Part shown: piece after piece, positions 39,147-53,829 of the stretch
Position numbering within the stretch: the stretch's first letter is position 1
How the letters are laid out: each line of letters begins with the position of its first letter
Assembly: GCA_951406725.2 (NCBI GenBank)
Contig: OX597817.1
Location: 5,456,001 to 5,520,000, forward strand
Direction of reading: 5' to 3'
Length of the DNA: 64,000 bases
Source: Octopus vulgaris
Taxonomy: Eukaryota
The notes under the pieces: model-generated
What the model saw: only the letters and a program-made list of their open reading frames with translations
Told to the model about the DNA's origin: nothing
Database searches by the model: none
Program-made: the position numbers and the translations under genes

Positions 39147-40356
39147 CGAAGTTCTTGTCTCTATTTTAATGCAGACCGTCATGGGAAAATTCTTAATTGC
39201 GAAAGAATACTGTGAAGAATACCGGTTCAGCATTGAAAAGGAAACCTTCGACTGAATGACCTATACGAACACTGGAAAATATTGAAGTTATTAAATGATA
39301 TGTAATGAGGAGCTTGCGATATTTTGCAATGAATCATGACGCTACACTCAACATTTACTTGTTTGTATGCGAACAATATTTCATGTTGATATAGTTCTTT
39401 TTCCTTATAAGACTTATTACTTATTACTGTAAATCGACATAACTAAGGATGCTAGAAAACGCTTGCAGAAATGATGCTTACAATGTGCGTATATAAAGGT
39501 TTTCTCGTGAGTGACAATGCGCAATTTTCATTTCTCTAGTTGCGTAAATAAGTAAGGCTTCCGCCCGTTATTGGCAAGATAGCAATCTGCGACAACCACA
39601 TGAGTTAGCCCTCCACTGTGAACTTGTTACAGCATGGTACTGTGAGTAATTTGTTTCAGAAGCCTGCTTGGATCGTTATGTGTTCATGACGCGCAACCTC
39701 TTCCAAAATGAAATTAAACTGGTGCTGCTAATACACAAGCCATTACAAGAGAGACGAAGGGAGGAGAGAGAGGGAAGAAAGAGAGACAGAAAGAGAAAGA
39801 GGGATTAAAGATTTGTGTGTTCAATCCAATTGTGTGAACACTTGAGCATATAAACAACATTTACTAATGAATGGAAAATAAAATCTCGGAGATAATTTCT
39901 GTTTTATTAACAGAAATGCAACCTCAATAATAAGAAAATGAAAAGAAAATGCGATGCTTTCTGCTATTCTTTTGAGCATTTGGTGACGTGGATGAAATGG
40001 TAGGATAAAACCAATTGTAACAATAGCTTAAGATTTTCAGAGTGAAAATAACCCTAACCCTAACCATCACCAACACCAACACCAACACCACAACAACTAC
40101 AATAACCGGCGACAAAAATAGCTCCGGTTATTCTGCTACCAGGAAACCAGGGATGACAAAGCAATCATGCTTTTGCAGAGAGTATGTGACAACTAAAATC
40201 CACTAATAAAAACAACAACAACAAAAAAGCAACAACATCCGAATACTTTGTAAATCCCGTGACAACAGAAAAATGAGGCGAAGTAACGTTCATACCTTTT
40301 CCTAAGTGCATTTGCTCATAGGTATTAAGAAAAAAACATGCGCAACAAACAACAGC

Positions 40357-40850
<494 letters not shown>

Positions 40851-41163
40851 ATAACGACCACATCAACCACAACACCACCAGCAAAAACTTTAAAAGTAAC
40901 AAAAGCAAGCATAACACACACAAACACACACTCACAGAACACCAACAGCAACGACAGCAGTAGCAACAGCGTTAATAGCAACAGCAGCAGCAGCAGCAGT
41001 AGCAACGAAAGATAAGGGTTTTTCTGTTTTCATTACAATAGAAATAGGTACTAGCTTTTGCCCTGAAAGAGACCTTTGTTATCAAAATAGTGTTATGCCT
41101 AAAGAGTACTTGTGATATTAAGGATCAAAGAGGTGTGTACGTAAACGTTAGCACACATAAAAT

Positions 41164-41240
<77 letters not shown>

Positions 41241-41761
41241 TGTGTTTGTGTGTGCGTGCGTATGTATGTACGTATATTGGCGGTGACATGAATATAAATG
41301 AAAGAGCCAATAACCACTCAGCGGCTATTAGTTGGCACTTATCAGTGAAAAGCTATTTGTTCCCTTCGGATCCACCTACATACCACCAGCGTACAATATC
41401 GCCATTAACACCAGCTATCACCATTCAAATAAGTATCACCCACCACAACCTCGGCTGTCACCACCACAGCCTTTACAATACAATACACACCACTGTTATG
41501 ACTTCTACTTCAACGGTCGCCACAATTATCAGACAGTCAACGGTCAACGCCAGACGCTCATTACCACCACCGTCACCACCACCGAACCATCACTACAACC
41601 GCTAGTTCATCTCTACCACCTCCACAACAAAACAATGAATACGTTCAGCGTGCGAGCAATCGCAGTCAAATCTACCTTCAATCACACTGTGTCGTCTTAT
41701 ATGAAATAAAAAAACGATGGTCACCTTGGACATAACGTGAGACAAAATAATAATAATAAAT

Positions 41762-41987
41762 GCGCCCTTTTAAAGCCAGGCTCATGGGCCCGGTTTCCCG
41801 GTTTCTATGGCGTCTGTGTTCCCCAGCTGGACGGCTGCCAGTGCATCGCAGCGTTACTCATTTGTGTCAGCTGAGTGGATTGGAGCTACGTGGAATGAAG
41901 TGTTTTGCTCAAGAACACAACGGTCCAGGGATCGAAACCACAACCTTACGATCATGATGCTGACACCCTAACCACTAAGTCACGCAA
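41762..41987 (-). mobile_element. tRNA-derived SINE family D
   Basis: Minus strand: tgacttagtggttagg A-box, ggtttcgatccc B-box, gtgttcttgagcaaaacact and tccactcagctg..aaatgagta body, (tta)n tail. Confidence 0.7.
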
Positions 41988-42161
41988 ACCACGTCTAAAA
42001 ATGTGAGATGGGCATACTGAAATACTTTTGATCATAGATATGATCAATAATGGTTGACCTAGGGTTAAACAATAACAAAAATAACGACGACGACAACAAC
42101 AAAAAGTAACCTTTGTATTGTCGTTTGACCGGCCAAAAAATAACTATCACTTACAACATCA

Positions 42162-42932
42162 GGATCTATTCAGTTTGGCTCACAGATTTTTTTAATTAAT
42201 TTTTTTAAACTATTTTTAATTTAGTTTGAAACTTCGTATACTGGTGGAATGTCTCACGTAGGACACGGTTAACTTTGAACATTTTTGACAAAATTTGGTA
42301 TTTTAGAAATTATGCCGTGTTAAAGTTGCCGTATTTGGATAATTTCAATCAATCAACGACATGTATTCGGTTGAAGAAAGCTACTGCTGTTTGCGATAGT
42401 AATCGAAGAGGAACAACAACTTCCGGTTCATCTCTTCTAAATGTCACCACTCTGTTCAATTCGTATGTCGAGTGAAGATGATGCCACCTTTATCCTTTCT
42501 TCCTTTCTAGTCAGCACCGTGCATTTCTTACTCTTCCCCTCTCCACTATACTATCAACTAGCAACCAGCGAGCGAACTTGTCACTGCCACTACAATTACG
42601 GTATATTCCAGTATATAATCTTACCCTTATGTTTTGATAATGTTATTTTTTAATCTACTAATAACTTTTATATTGACGAAATGTATTTACTGTTGATTAT
42701 AGTAAGATAAAATCATGACCATAATGATGCATCTCATAGATGCAAAACAAAGCATTTTGAAACTACAGGAGTGGCTGTGTGGTAAGTAGCTTGCTAACCA
42801 ACCACATGGTTGCGGGTTCAGTCCCACTGCGTGGCATCTTGGGCAAGTGTCTTCTGCTATAGCCCCGGGCCGACCAATGCCTTGTGAGTGGATTTGGTAG
42901 ACGGAAACTGAAAGAAGCCTGTCGTATATATG

Positions 42933-42980
<48 letters not shown>

Positions 42981-43703
42981 TGTGTTTGTCCCCCCTAGCA
43001 TTGCCTGACAACCGATGCTGGTGTGTTTACGTCCCCGTCACTTAGCGGTTCGGCAAAAGAAACCGGTAGAATAAGTACTGGGCTTACAAAGAATAAGTCC
43101 CGGGGTCGATTTGCTCGACTAAAGGCGGTGCTCCAGCATGGCCGCAGTCAAATGACTGAAACAAGCAAAAGAGTAAAAGAGTATACGTTAACAGCAAGAA
43201 AGTTAGATGCGGACTCGTAGCTCTATGGGTCTTTTAAACATCGGTGTGCTTCATGTGTGGATAAAACACCGATGTCGGGCAACGAATAAATATATGTAAA
43301 TAATATTTCTTCCTTATTGGTGTTGATTCTTTGATGTTTACTGGTTACTCCGACGCGAGAACAACAAAAGAAAGGTGTGTAATATGCAACACGAGCAGTA
43401 AACAGTAAATAAAATAGAACAGAGTGGTGACATTTAGCAGAGATGACTCAGAAGTTGTTCTGCTTCGATTACTATCGCACACAGCAGTAGCTTTCTTCAA
43501 CCAAATACACGTCGTTGATTGGTTGAAATTACCTAAGTACGATAACTTTAACACGAAATAACTTCTAAAATACCAAATTTTGTCAAAAATGTTCAAAGTT
43601 AACCGTGTTCTACGTGAGACATTCCACCAGTATACGAAGCTTCAAACTGTTTAGTTACAAAACAAATTAATTTTTAAATCTGTGGGCCAAACTGAACAGA
43701 TCC
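42162..43703. mobile_element. Non-autonomous DNA transposon with about 290-bp TIRs and 8-bp TSD (Merlin-like)
   Basis: TIRs 42162-42457 and 43417-43703 start GGATC; CAACATCA flanks both ends (42154-61, 43704-11). Confidence 0.8.
42765..43182 (+). mobile_element. SINE family A nested inside the TIR element
   Basis: Near-consensus copy. Confidence 0.92.
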
Positions 43704-44319
43704 CAACATCACTAACGCCTGATTTATGCACAGTCTGTGCTCGGGATCTCCGTCTACGACGATGAGGCTTTGATCGTTCCATCAAGTAAACTACCTACTC
43801 TGTATTAGAGTGTAAATGACTGAGCGATTCTCAGACACTTCTATCCTTCTCAGACAGAATTTTTGTGATAGTACGTGACAAAGCTGTATCTTTTGAATCA
43901 CAGATACAATCATTTCGATGGGCTTCAGCACAGTTTCCGTCTAGCCAGTTTCACTCACAAAGTATGGGTTAACTTGAGACGATAGAAAAGTGTATTTGTC
44001 CGATTCTACATAGTAGATTCGAACCCAGGACCTTGTGATTCTGAAATCGCTCAACGTGCTAACAAGCTAACAATAGTAGTCAAATCTAATTGAAATCACA
44101 GTCGTTTCCTATGAAAGGTGGCTACTTTGGACATAGTGTATATAACATAATATAAAACAAGTATCCGAAAACCAGGCGTCAGTGATGTTGGAATTTGTTC
44201 GGCAAGATATACATAGAGATGAGATATTCATGTATGGTATGCATTTGGACATAGGCTGAGCAGGAGATGAACAACAATAGCAACAAAACACAACTGCTAT
44301 TAACGAAGCTGCCATTACC

Positions 44320-44552
44320 TATTTCTTTACTACCCACAAGGGGCCAAACACAGAGGGGACAAAGAAGGACAGACAAACGGATTAAGTCGATTATATCGAC
44401 CCCAGTGCGTAACTGGTACTTATTTAATCGACCCCGAAAGGATGAAAGGCAAAGTCGACCTCGGCGGAATTTGAACGCAGAACGTAACGGCAGACGAAAT
44501 GCGGCTAGGCATTTCGCCTGGCGTGCTAACGTTTCTGCCAGCTCGCCGCCTT
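44320..44552 (-). mobile_element. SINE family B
   Basis: Perfect 17-bp TSD acgaagctgccattacc (44303-19, 44553-69). Confidence 0.93.
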
Positions 44553-46080
44553 ACGAAGCTGCCATTACCATTACTGTAATACTTCTGCTTGAGTGGTCAG
44601 CATATTTACCAGGGAACCTTTATGTTTTCGATTAAGCTGGTAGAAATAGCTGCCAAATTTCCCTCATATTACAGCCCTCTGTATTAATGAAGAACATAGA
44701 TAATTTAGTTTTAGCTACGAAAGAAAAGCTGAGATCGTCGAATTTCGCAGGCTTTTGAGAAAATAGGGCTACAAAGATCAGAAAATAACGAGGCCTGAAC
44801 AAAAACAATAGTAATGTTTATGATTGAAACCTCAATCACAATTACAACTACAATTATCTCTGTAAACACAAACACAAGAACAAACACAAACATAGTTAAC
44901 AAGAACCATTGCCATTATCACTGCTACCACCACCACAACCACCATCATCAACACGCATTATAACCACCGCTACCGCCACCATCATCGGTACCAATATTGC
45001 CTGTTATCCCCACCAACACTATCACACCAACAGCATCAACACCATCGCCATCTTCAACGTCAGCATCACCCAATATCACAACTAACATCATCATCATTAT
45101 CAACAACAGCAGCAGCACCAGCACCACCATGATTCGTTTTCATTGCCAACATTACCACAAGCATCATCATTGCCTCCATCACCCGTTACACTACGTTCAA
45201 CAATAATATGACCACCAACGTGACCCATCAGCCGGCTCAAGCATCAAGGGGAACATATACAAAGAAGCAGTGAAGAGACAAACAGACAGGCAGACGGACA
45301 GACAGAAAGGCAAGCGGGAACAGAGTCAGACAGAGACAGACAGAGACAGAAACAGACAGACAGAAGTAAGAGAGAAAGAGAAACCGAAACAGGGAGAGAA
45401 GGATAGACAGACATACAGAAGGAAGATAGAGAGGGGAGAGAGAGGAAGACAATGAGAGAAAGAAGAAGAAAAATGAAAAAGAGTGAGAAAGAGAATGAGA
45501 GAGAGAGATAAAGTGAAAGAGAGAGATAGCAGAAGGTAAGACAGTAAGGATATAGGAAGTAAGATTTGTATGTAGTTTCATCCGCACATGTAATTGCCTT
45601 GGTACATACACGTATGTGGCCGTGTTAGTTCGCACATAAGGAAACACCCTAGATTGATGATATAGTGCTGTCTCTTTAAGCAGTGAAATTTAGATTAATG
45701 AATAAAGGTGATGTGTGGACAGGTGTTTGGTAAAGCAAACTTGGAAGTAGAGTAAGCGAGAGAACATGAAGTGAGGTGTAATGGAACGTATATAAATATG
45801 GTAGAACTCATAGGAACGATAGTGCTAATTGTTGTTGTGGTGGGAGTGGAGCTAGATTTACGGAACGTAATTATTCTTCCACATGTCCATTTCTGGGTTG
45901 TCTGATTAAAGCACACGTTAGGTTTAGGTTACGAAATATAACGCAACGCCACAGATGTATGCATACGCACGCTCAAATTTATTGACTGTGGTTTCGTACT
46001 TTCGACAAATATGTGGCTTATACAAACTGTGTAATGTAGAGACATGCAATGAGTCTAAATAATCATTCTCTTCACTGAGT

Positions 46081-46118
<38 letters not shown>

Positions 46119-46126
46119 CGTAGTGT

Positions 46127-46185
<59 letters not shown>

Positions 46186-46375
46186 TGTACTATATATGCA
46201 TATATATGTATATATAAATATATGCATGTATATATGTATATGGTATATGTATATATGTATATATAAATCTTTAGTTAAATATATTCAATGAGAACATTAT
46301 ATATTGAATTTATATTGAGTGCTTATTGTATCAATGTATGAATTTCGCAGACGAAAATGAAACCCGTCGCATATA

Positions 46376-46508
<133 letters not shown>

Positions 46509-47089
46509 TTAAAAATCTTCCTCTAATGACACGATGTAATAGGTATGATAGGTATGAACTATAAGTGGTCAGGTTGGTTTATCAGTAAAATTCCAGCTCG
46601 AAAAGCAGCTGAGGCGAAGGTGTTCTTGAAGCTGCCTATGAAAGATGGTAGATATATATTATATAGCGAGGTGGACAAGTAAAATATGTGGTATCCTTTT
46701 AGGCCGTGTAATTTATAATTCGAACATAATTGCAGAGTAGTATAGTAAATAAGGGATTAAGAAATAATACGTTAGATTCCTTACAGCTGTTTCTAGAATA
46801 GCTGAGCATGTGCATTATATGTCATTGAGCGAAGAATTCGATGTAAGCTACTCCGTCTTTGGAGATTAAGATTTAAAGAATATCTTTAATAATGAATGTT
46901 AATAGTTACCAGTTCATCGCAGAATTTAATAACATACTTAGTGAAAGTTACTGGTGCTTAGCACTTTTATGATCAGAGAATTAAGGAAATCCATAGTAAA
47001 AGATAATAGCAGTTCGCAGTTCAATTGTTGAAGGATCTTAGTAAAAGATTAAAAAGAAAACTTACTAATTCTATCTTTGAAGAGAAAGC

Positions 47090-47560
47090 TAACACATGTC
47101 ACAGGAAACTTCGTAAGTCTCATAGCAGAACTTGCCGAAGTAAGTCAGCGGCTTGAACGACCAGTTAATTTCCTATCTGATCCCATACTAAATGAAATCT
47201 TAGGGACATATGCTCATAACATGAGAGTAGAAAAATGTTTGAAGATTCCATGTTTATTGGTATTAGATGTGATTGCCCTGGCATGGAACAAGTATCAATT
47301 ATTGTCGGTATGCTTCTGAAAACCAGGATGTCCACGAAGATTTTTTCCTGATTACACTTCGGAGACACTAAATAAGGTTACTCTGGATGATTTTTTTTTT
47401 TTTTGCCTAAACAATGAGCTGGGGTCAAATTTATGTTTGAAGCATTGTCTGACACACTGTGTTGTAATGCATGTACACAAGATCTTCTGCAGTGAAAAGG
47501 CTTAGGATAACCTCTTGGAAAATTTCATCACCAAAACGTGCGAGAATAGGAAAATTTTTG
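47090..47560 (+). mobile_element. hAT transposase remnant (ZMYM1/DUF4371-like)
   Basis: GNFVSLIAELAE..NFLSDPILNEILGTYAHNMR..SMFIGI.CD..EQVSIIV..VHEDFF, read across frameshifts. Confidence 0.6.
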
Positions 47561-47744
47561 GAGTGATTTGAAGCTTTACTTTTCCATGTATAATAATAAA
47601 AAATATCCTTATACCTGTGTTTGTTCTGATATTGAGATTGAAAAAATATCGGCCTTCTTTCTAAAACATTTTAGGCCAGCGTTTTTACCAACTAAGCAAG
47701 TTTCGTTCCCGGACCACTGTATATACATATAAAGTGACCTGCAT

Positions 47745-48182
47745 GCAATATATAAATGGGCTAATGAAAATAACATACAGTTCAATGGCGATTAGTTTCA
47801 AGCACACTGCTGTCGGATCACAGACTACTGTCGGAATACATAGGACTAGGGACCAGTGCAATTCCAGAGTTAGAATTGGTGCGTGACCTGGGAATCCATA
47901 TGACTAGTGATGTAACATTCCATGTGAATATTGCCAGGATGGCAACATTGTGCAGGCGAGTAGCTGCATGGATCCTTAGATTATTCAGAGCCAGAAATAA
48001 GGATACCCTGTTACTCCTATGGAAGACAATTGTCCTCAGTCGTCTGGATTACTGCTCCCAACTGTGGTCACCAGAGAGTATTGAATTGTTGGAAGAACGT
48101 GAGGTAAACTAGCGCCACTACACAAAGAGGATTGATTCAGTGAAACAGACGAGCTACTGAGAGGGGCTACAAGAACTGAAGG
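47745..48182 (+). mobile_element. CR1-group LINE RT fragment
   Basis: IYKWANENNIQFN..VRDLGIHM..AWILRLF..IVLSRLDYCSQLWSP. Confidence 0.88.
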
Positions 48183-49071
48183 AGAGAAGGCAAGAAAGGT
48201 ATGAGATAGAGGGAGACAGAGAGAGACAAAGAGACAGAGAGAGAGAGAGTGGATGAGTAAGTGAGATACATACATACATAGTTTGAATATCGCCGTCGTC
48301 AACTTTGCTTTCATCCATTGGATCATTGTATTTCTATAACAATTAAGTACCAGTGAAGAACTGCAATCGAAATAATCAGCTATACTACTGTACAACTCAT
48401 CCTAGCTACGAGATTGCGTGCATTTGTTAGAATTTAATATTGTTACAGATTTTATCTTTTAATATTTATATTTTCAATTTCATTTTCCTACAATGCTCAC
48501 ATAATGGTTTTGAAAATTTTCGCTTATGCATCTTGACATGTTATAGCTTCCTTCTTTAGAATTCATGGTTTCAATATACTTTCACCAATTTATTTATAAA
48601 CTCGAAATATTGCTTTGCTTTCTTCTTTTTGGAATTCGATAAAATGTACCAACCTAAAGTATTGAAATTGCAGAACTGTCAGTGTCATGGACAGAATGCT
48701 TTACTATATTTGTTTTAGCTCTCTGCAGTCTGATTCTAATGACAATGGTGCACAGCTTTATTAGTTCCAAAGAGGTGGCCTTTCAATTTATTCATGAGCA
48801 GTGGCGTGTAGTGGTAGTAGGTGCAAACAAGAACGACAGTCAGTCTTCCGCAACATATTTTACCTGCATTTACTGTTGTATGGTCAACCTGTACGACGTG
48901 TACTCAAGACTGAGAGGGGTACGACACGAACAGACAGCTGTGCAGACAGGCAGAGAGACAGAGAGACAGACGTATAGACAGATAGACAGACAGGTTGACA
49001 GACAAACAGGCAGACAGACAGACAGATAGATAGATACAGATATACATAGTAAGGAGGTAAGTAAGCAAGTC

Positions 49072-49124
<53 letters not shown>

Positions 49125-49139
49125 ACAGACGGACGGCCG

Positions 49140-49245
<106 letters not shown>

Positions 49246-49514
49246 CTTTCATAAAAAATAAATATTCAGTGTCAGATAATCAGTCCAAAATTTCTTTTCT
49301 GAATTATGAGTTCAGAAACAAAGATTGTATGCGAGAGGTTTATGCCCGGAGTGCAAACAATTCAGTCAGTTCGCCGCCTTTAAAAAACTGAAAATTTACA
49401 TTAGAAATAATTAACTTCTAACAAAGACATAGGGACTCGCGTGCAAGTAGGCAGGTATAGTGTGGATTATATCTCATTCACTGGTATTCATATATATAGG
49501 AGTGTGTGTATGCG

Positions 49515-49705
49515 TTAATTCCTGCACATTTTTCTCTCTTTTTTTTTCGTTCTCTTTTCCTTTATTTACTCTCAATCCTTTCTGTCGAAAAGCGTAGGGT
49601 CAAACGTCAATGACTTTTCCATTTTTCCTGAGCGTTAATCTAATACACCTGCTTGTTATTCTTTCACTTGTCTTCCTCTTTTGTTTGCTGTAAATTTGAA
49701 CTACA
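49515..49705 (+). mobile_element. HHR-bearing repeat family H2, degenerate
   Basis: cttt-CTGTCGA-aaagcgtagggtc-aaac-GTC-aatg; homologous to 61310-61500. Confidence 0.6.
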
Positions 49706-49775
49706 CACACATACACACACACACACACAGATATATATATGTGTGTGTGTATGTTTGTATGTGTGTGTATACATT

Positions 49776-49941
49776 TCCTCTGTCCTCCCGTCTCGGGATC
49801 TTTCTTTCTCCTATGTTTCCGACGAAGAGCTCCGCTCGAAACGTCATACCCTCCTTCTTCCATTTTCCTGACCGCCTAATAATAATAATACTGTAATTGT
49901 TCCACGTGTTGTTGTTTTTTCTGTTTTCCCGTTTGGATTAA

Positions 49942-49943
<2 letters not shown>
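49776..49943 (+). mobile_element. HHR-bearing repeat family H1 (CCGACGA core, GUC site)
   Basis: gttt-CCGACGA-a-gagc(tcc)gctc-GAAAC-GTC-atac. Confidence 0.75.
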
Positions 49944-49987
<44 letters not shown>

Positions 49988-50001
49988 TGTATGCATGTAT
50001 A

Positions 50002-50593
50002 TACGTGGTCTGATCAATATGTATTCGGACTATTGCCATAGTAACGAAGCTAAAGCAGGAAGAGCGGAGTGAAGCTGCTTGGCACACACTGACCTTGAAC
50101 TTTGTTTTGCATGCGCACTAAGTTTTAAGGTTCTAGCTTATTTCTGCTGTGTACAGCATTGCTTGGAAGGAAGGTGTGTAGCGTGTGATTGTCGCATTCA
50201 GCATGACAGAAAATTCAGATGAGAATCTGCATCAAACTTTACCAAAAGTTTGGCGATAGCTGTCAGAGACCGACGCAAAGTTTTCAAAAAGATTTCATCG
50301 TTCTCGTCAACAGTAAAGAGTTCTTGTGTAACTGAAACCCGAGTGTCTTATTGATCAGCTGAATGCAGTTTTGGCAGAAACTTGGCAGACACGCGTCTCA
50401 TACCCAAATCTTCAATGATAATGAACCGAACCGTAACTAATCTGCACACCCTCTGACACCTCAGAGATGGTGATTCGACGATTTCCCCTCACATCTCCAC
50501 GCACAACTGCGATGTTTGTTTCAGTTCTGCTGGTTGCGGGTCTCCCAGAACTTTCGTCAATATCGACATTTTTTCGGCCATCTTAGAAACGTG
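50002..50593. mobile_element. Partial copy of the mariner derivative at 1653-2445
   Basis: tacgtggtctgatcaa terminus and shared internal segments. Confidence 0.8.
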
Positions 50594-51339
50594 TTAGGTT
50601 TAAACTTATTTAAACTTTTCTAGTTTATGGACGTGTTGCTGCATATGTGTATGTATGCATGTATATATGTTAGTATGTATGCATGTATGCATGTATTTAT
50701 GTATGTATGTATGTATGTATGTATGTATGTATGTATGTATGTATGTATTTATGTATGTATGTATGTATGTATGTATGTATGTATGCATTTTAATCACGCA
50801 AATACATGCTTCTGGATAACAAAATTTTCACATCTTCTAGATAAAGCCTATTTTCATTGGATGAAGAGTAAACATAATTTTATAGTTTAGTTCAGATTAC
50901 ACAGTGAAGTAAATTAAGGTGGTTACTTCTTAACGCTGAATACTGATGGATAAGACTCCAACTGATTAATAGTAGGTTCCTTGACTGGCACTGAGGATGG
51001 TTTGCAGAAGTTTCACTTGTTCTGGTCAGAGATCCTTGTATTTGCAGATAATGAAGAATTATAGAATTTTTATGCAGATATCAGTAAAAGCTTATAAATT
51101 TACATTATTTTTGTTATATATTGGGGGTTTATTGGTAACGTCTCTTTGTATATGTTAGGTTGATTCATAGTTTAAGTTTTTTTTTTTAGGTTTAATCTAT
51201 ATTAACAGCTAAATACTGGGATTAAAACAGTAGAAAGACTGATCAAATATCTTCTAAAGCAGTAAGTTGTAAGTGTATGTAGGTCAGAGTCTAGATACTA
51301 TTAACAGTTAGCAGGTTTAAAGTTAGCGGGTAGGAAACC

Positions 51340-52000
51340 CAGATTGTGGCAACAGAATCGAAGCTCAGTTTTCGTGTCATGGAATTATATATATACTGTT
51401 GCAATATATGCAGTTTCTTGCTCTTAGTGAGTCAAAAGTAACAGCTGTGCGCTCTGCGGGGTAGAACGACCTATATTGATAATGCTCCAGCTTATACTGG
51501 ACAGATCGATTTTCTTGTTCAGTAGTTGCCAGAAAAAAAGTAGTCAGGAAATTGGACTCTCTCTCTCTCTCTCTTCTTCTTCTTCTTCTTCTCTCTTCCT
51601 GGACCTTAATGAGTGCATATGCTTGGTAAATTTCCCACTTGATGCTATTTCAAGGTACTATATAGGACTTAGAGCTAATAGCTTCGAAGGAAGATTTAAT
51701 TCCCAGAGTATTAAGAACGATGTAATGTCTTGTCATCATGATCGACATTGAGAAAATCTTTAGTTCCTTGATGAGGAAGTGATCCATGCTTTCCGGGATA
51801 GCTTCCCCACATTGAATTAATGACACTATCTGATTTGCCTCAGTTGTTGATGGCTGGTAGATGATCAGAGATGTTTTGGAACTCCTGGCTTACTCATTTT
51901 CCTATATGCCTTGTTGAAGTCAACATTTGTCTGTTGTAGATGGTTTTCCAAAAACAAGTCTACAAAAACTGGTCATCTCTGTTTTGGAATTCCCATAGGG
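51340..52000 (-). mobile_element. Highly degenerate Penelope-like endonuclease region
   Basis: KSYI..KFTKHMHSLR..FWQLLNKKIDLSSISWSIINIG..SCYF*LT..TELRFCCH. Confidence 0.5.
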
Positions 52001-52672
52001 ATCTTCCAGATATCTAGTTTTAAATGACCTGCTAACTTGCGTAGAAAATATCGGTTCCTAACGTGTTTCATTAGTACTCTATATAAGATTTGGTACATTT
52101 CACCATTGATGTTTGTGAAGATGACTGAAAATATGTAAAATACTTAGAGATTTCTTTATTGTCTTTAAGATAAACGACATCCTGTTAGGGATTTCTTCAA
52201 ACTGGGTGAGTCACGAAGTGAAGATAATGAATAATACTGGGTAAATTAAGCATCCTGGTTCGCATGCACCTAATAAAATTTGAAACAGGTGTTGTTGAAA
52301 ATGACCGTGGAAAATATGTAACAAAATAGCTTGAGAGCACTTTACAGCGACATATTTGACGTTGAATTATATGAAAAATCCCAGAACGTTTTACTTCAAA
52401 CTGGTTACGCAGGATTTGATGAAATTGATGAATGCCGTCTACCAAAGCTTACATGGTTCCCAATATTTTTCTTGTCGCCTGTAGCAGATATTTTCTTGTA
52501 ACTTAATATGAAGTTACTGCAGTTAATGAAGCAAATTACTTCAAATTTTGAAAATCTTGGCTAGTATTCCTTCATGTTCGATAGATTTTTTTTATTTCGA
52601 TTTCTTCCAGCGTCTGAGTATTGGTATTTTCCTCAGGAAATCAGCAGTGTGCAGTAGTGTAATCAAATTGGT

Positions 52673-52730
<58 letters not shown>

Positions 52731-52732
<2 letters not shown>

Positions 52733-52889
52733 CCAGCCGAAATTGCAAAGATAATCTGGAACTCGACTGAGTATAGAAAAATCCGAATGACCCGTCCTCG
52801 TTTTCTTTCTATCATCTGTCTGGATGTTTTGTTGTCCCTTTTTTTGTATCACCTAACTGCCTGGATGTTTAGCATCCTTGTCCCATTTT

Positions 52890-52895
<6 letters not shown>
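52731..52895 (+). repeat. Short interspersed repeat related to 58737-58860 (opposite orientation)
   Basis: Shared cagccgaaattgc..gactga..cgaatg.cccgtcc; flanked by (TA)n. Confidence 0.55.
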
Positions 52896-52941
<46 letters not shown>

Positions 52942-52962
52942 TTGGTAGGTAGATAGATAGAT

Positions 52963-53019
<57 letters not shown>

Positions 53020-53460
53020 TATGTTATGCACACCGGGCTGACACAGATAGAACAAATTACAAGTAGAGCTTTTCTTTTGAAGGGTTAGAAAAAAAAAAAA
53101 AAAGGAAGGGGGAGTATATCAATAGGGATATCACAGAAATGTCAATATGAAGTAAAGGGGAGGACAGGTGAGGTTTACCCGTGGAAGAAAAGCCTACGAA
53201 AAGACCACGGTAACCTCGGTCAATAAGTCACTTTTATATTTCTTTTTTTTTTTTTTTTTTTTGCAAATAAGCAACTCTCTGTTTTCGATTTCTGGGTTCA
53301 TAGGACTATGCTCAAGGTGGCTTCGTCATTCATACGTGCCATTCTTGCTACATTCACCTTTTTTAAAACATTCGCTAGACAAACTTGCTCTCTCTCACTT
53401 TCCTTTTCAAGTGGTACTTGAAGAATAGATTGAGAGAGGAAGAGTAGGTAGGTAGATATG

Positions 53461-53524
<64 letters not shown>

Positions 53525-53707
53525 CATACATGAGTTATATATCTATATATATCCTTTTATTATATTGTAATATTTCGGGATTTTTTTATTTTTGCCAAAT
53601 ATTTGGAAAACAAAAAGAAAAAGATCATACTGAAAAATAACAATGTTTGTTTCAACACACGGTTTCACATCAGGAATCTTGCAACACAAATTCATAAATG
53701 TATCATT

Positions 53708-53829
53708 TTTATTCTTTTACGTGCTTCAGTCATTTGACTGCGGCCATACTGGAGCACCACCTAAAAGGGTTTTAGTCGAAGAAATCGACCCCAGTAGTTA
53801 TTTTTTGTAAGCTTACCATTTATTCTATC
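53708..53829 (-). mobile_element. SINE family A 3' fragment
   Basis: cagtcatttgactgcggccatactggagcacc. Confidence 0.8.

Noticed and set aside
40050-40066. (CCCTAA) telomere-like repeat
   Set aside because: Fewer than three units, within low-complexity sequence.
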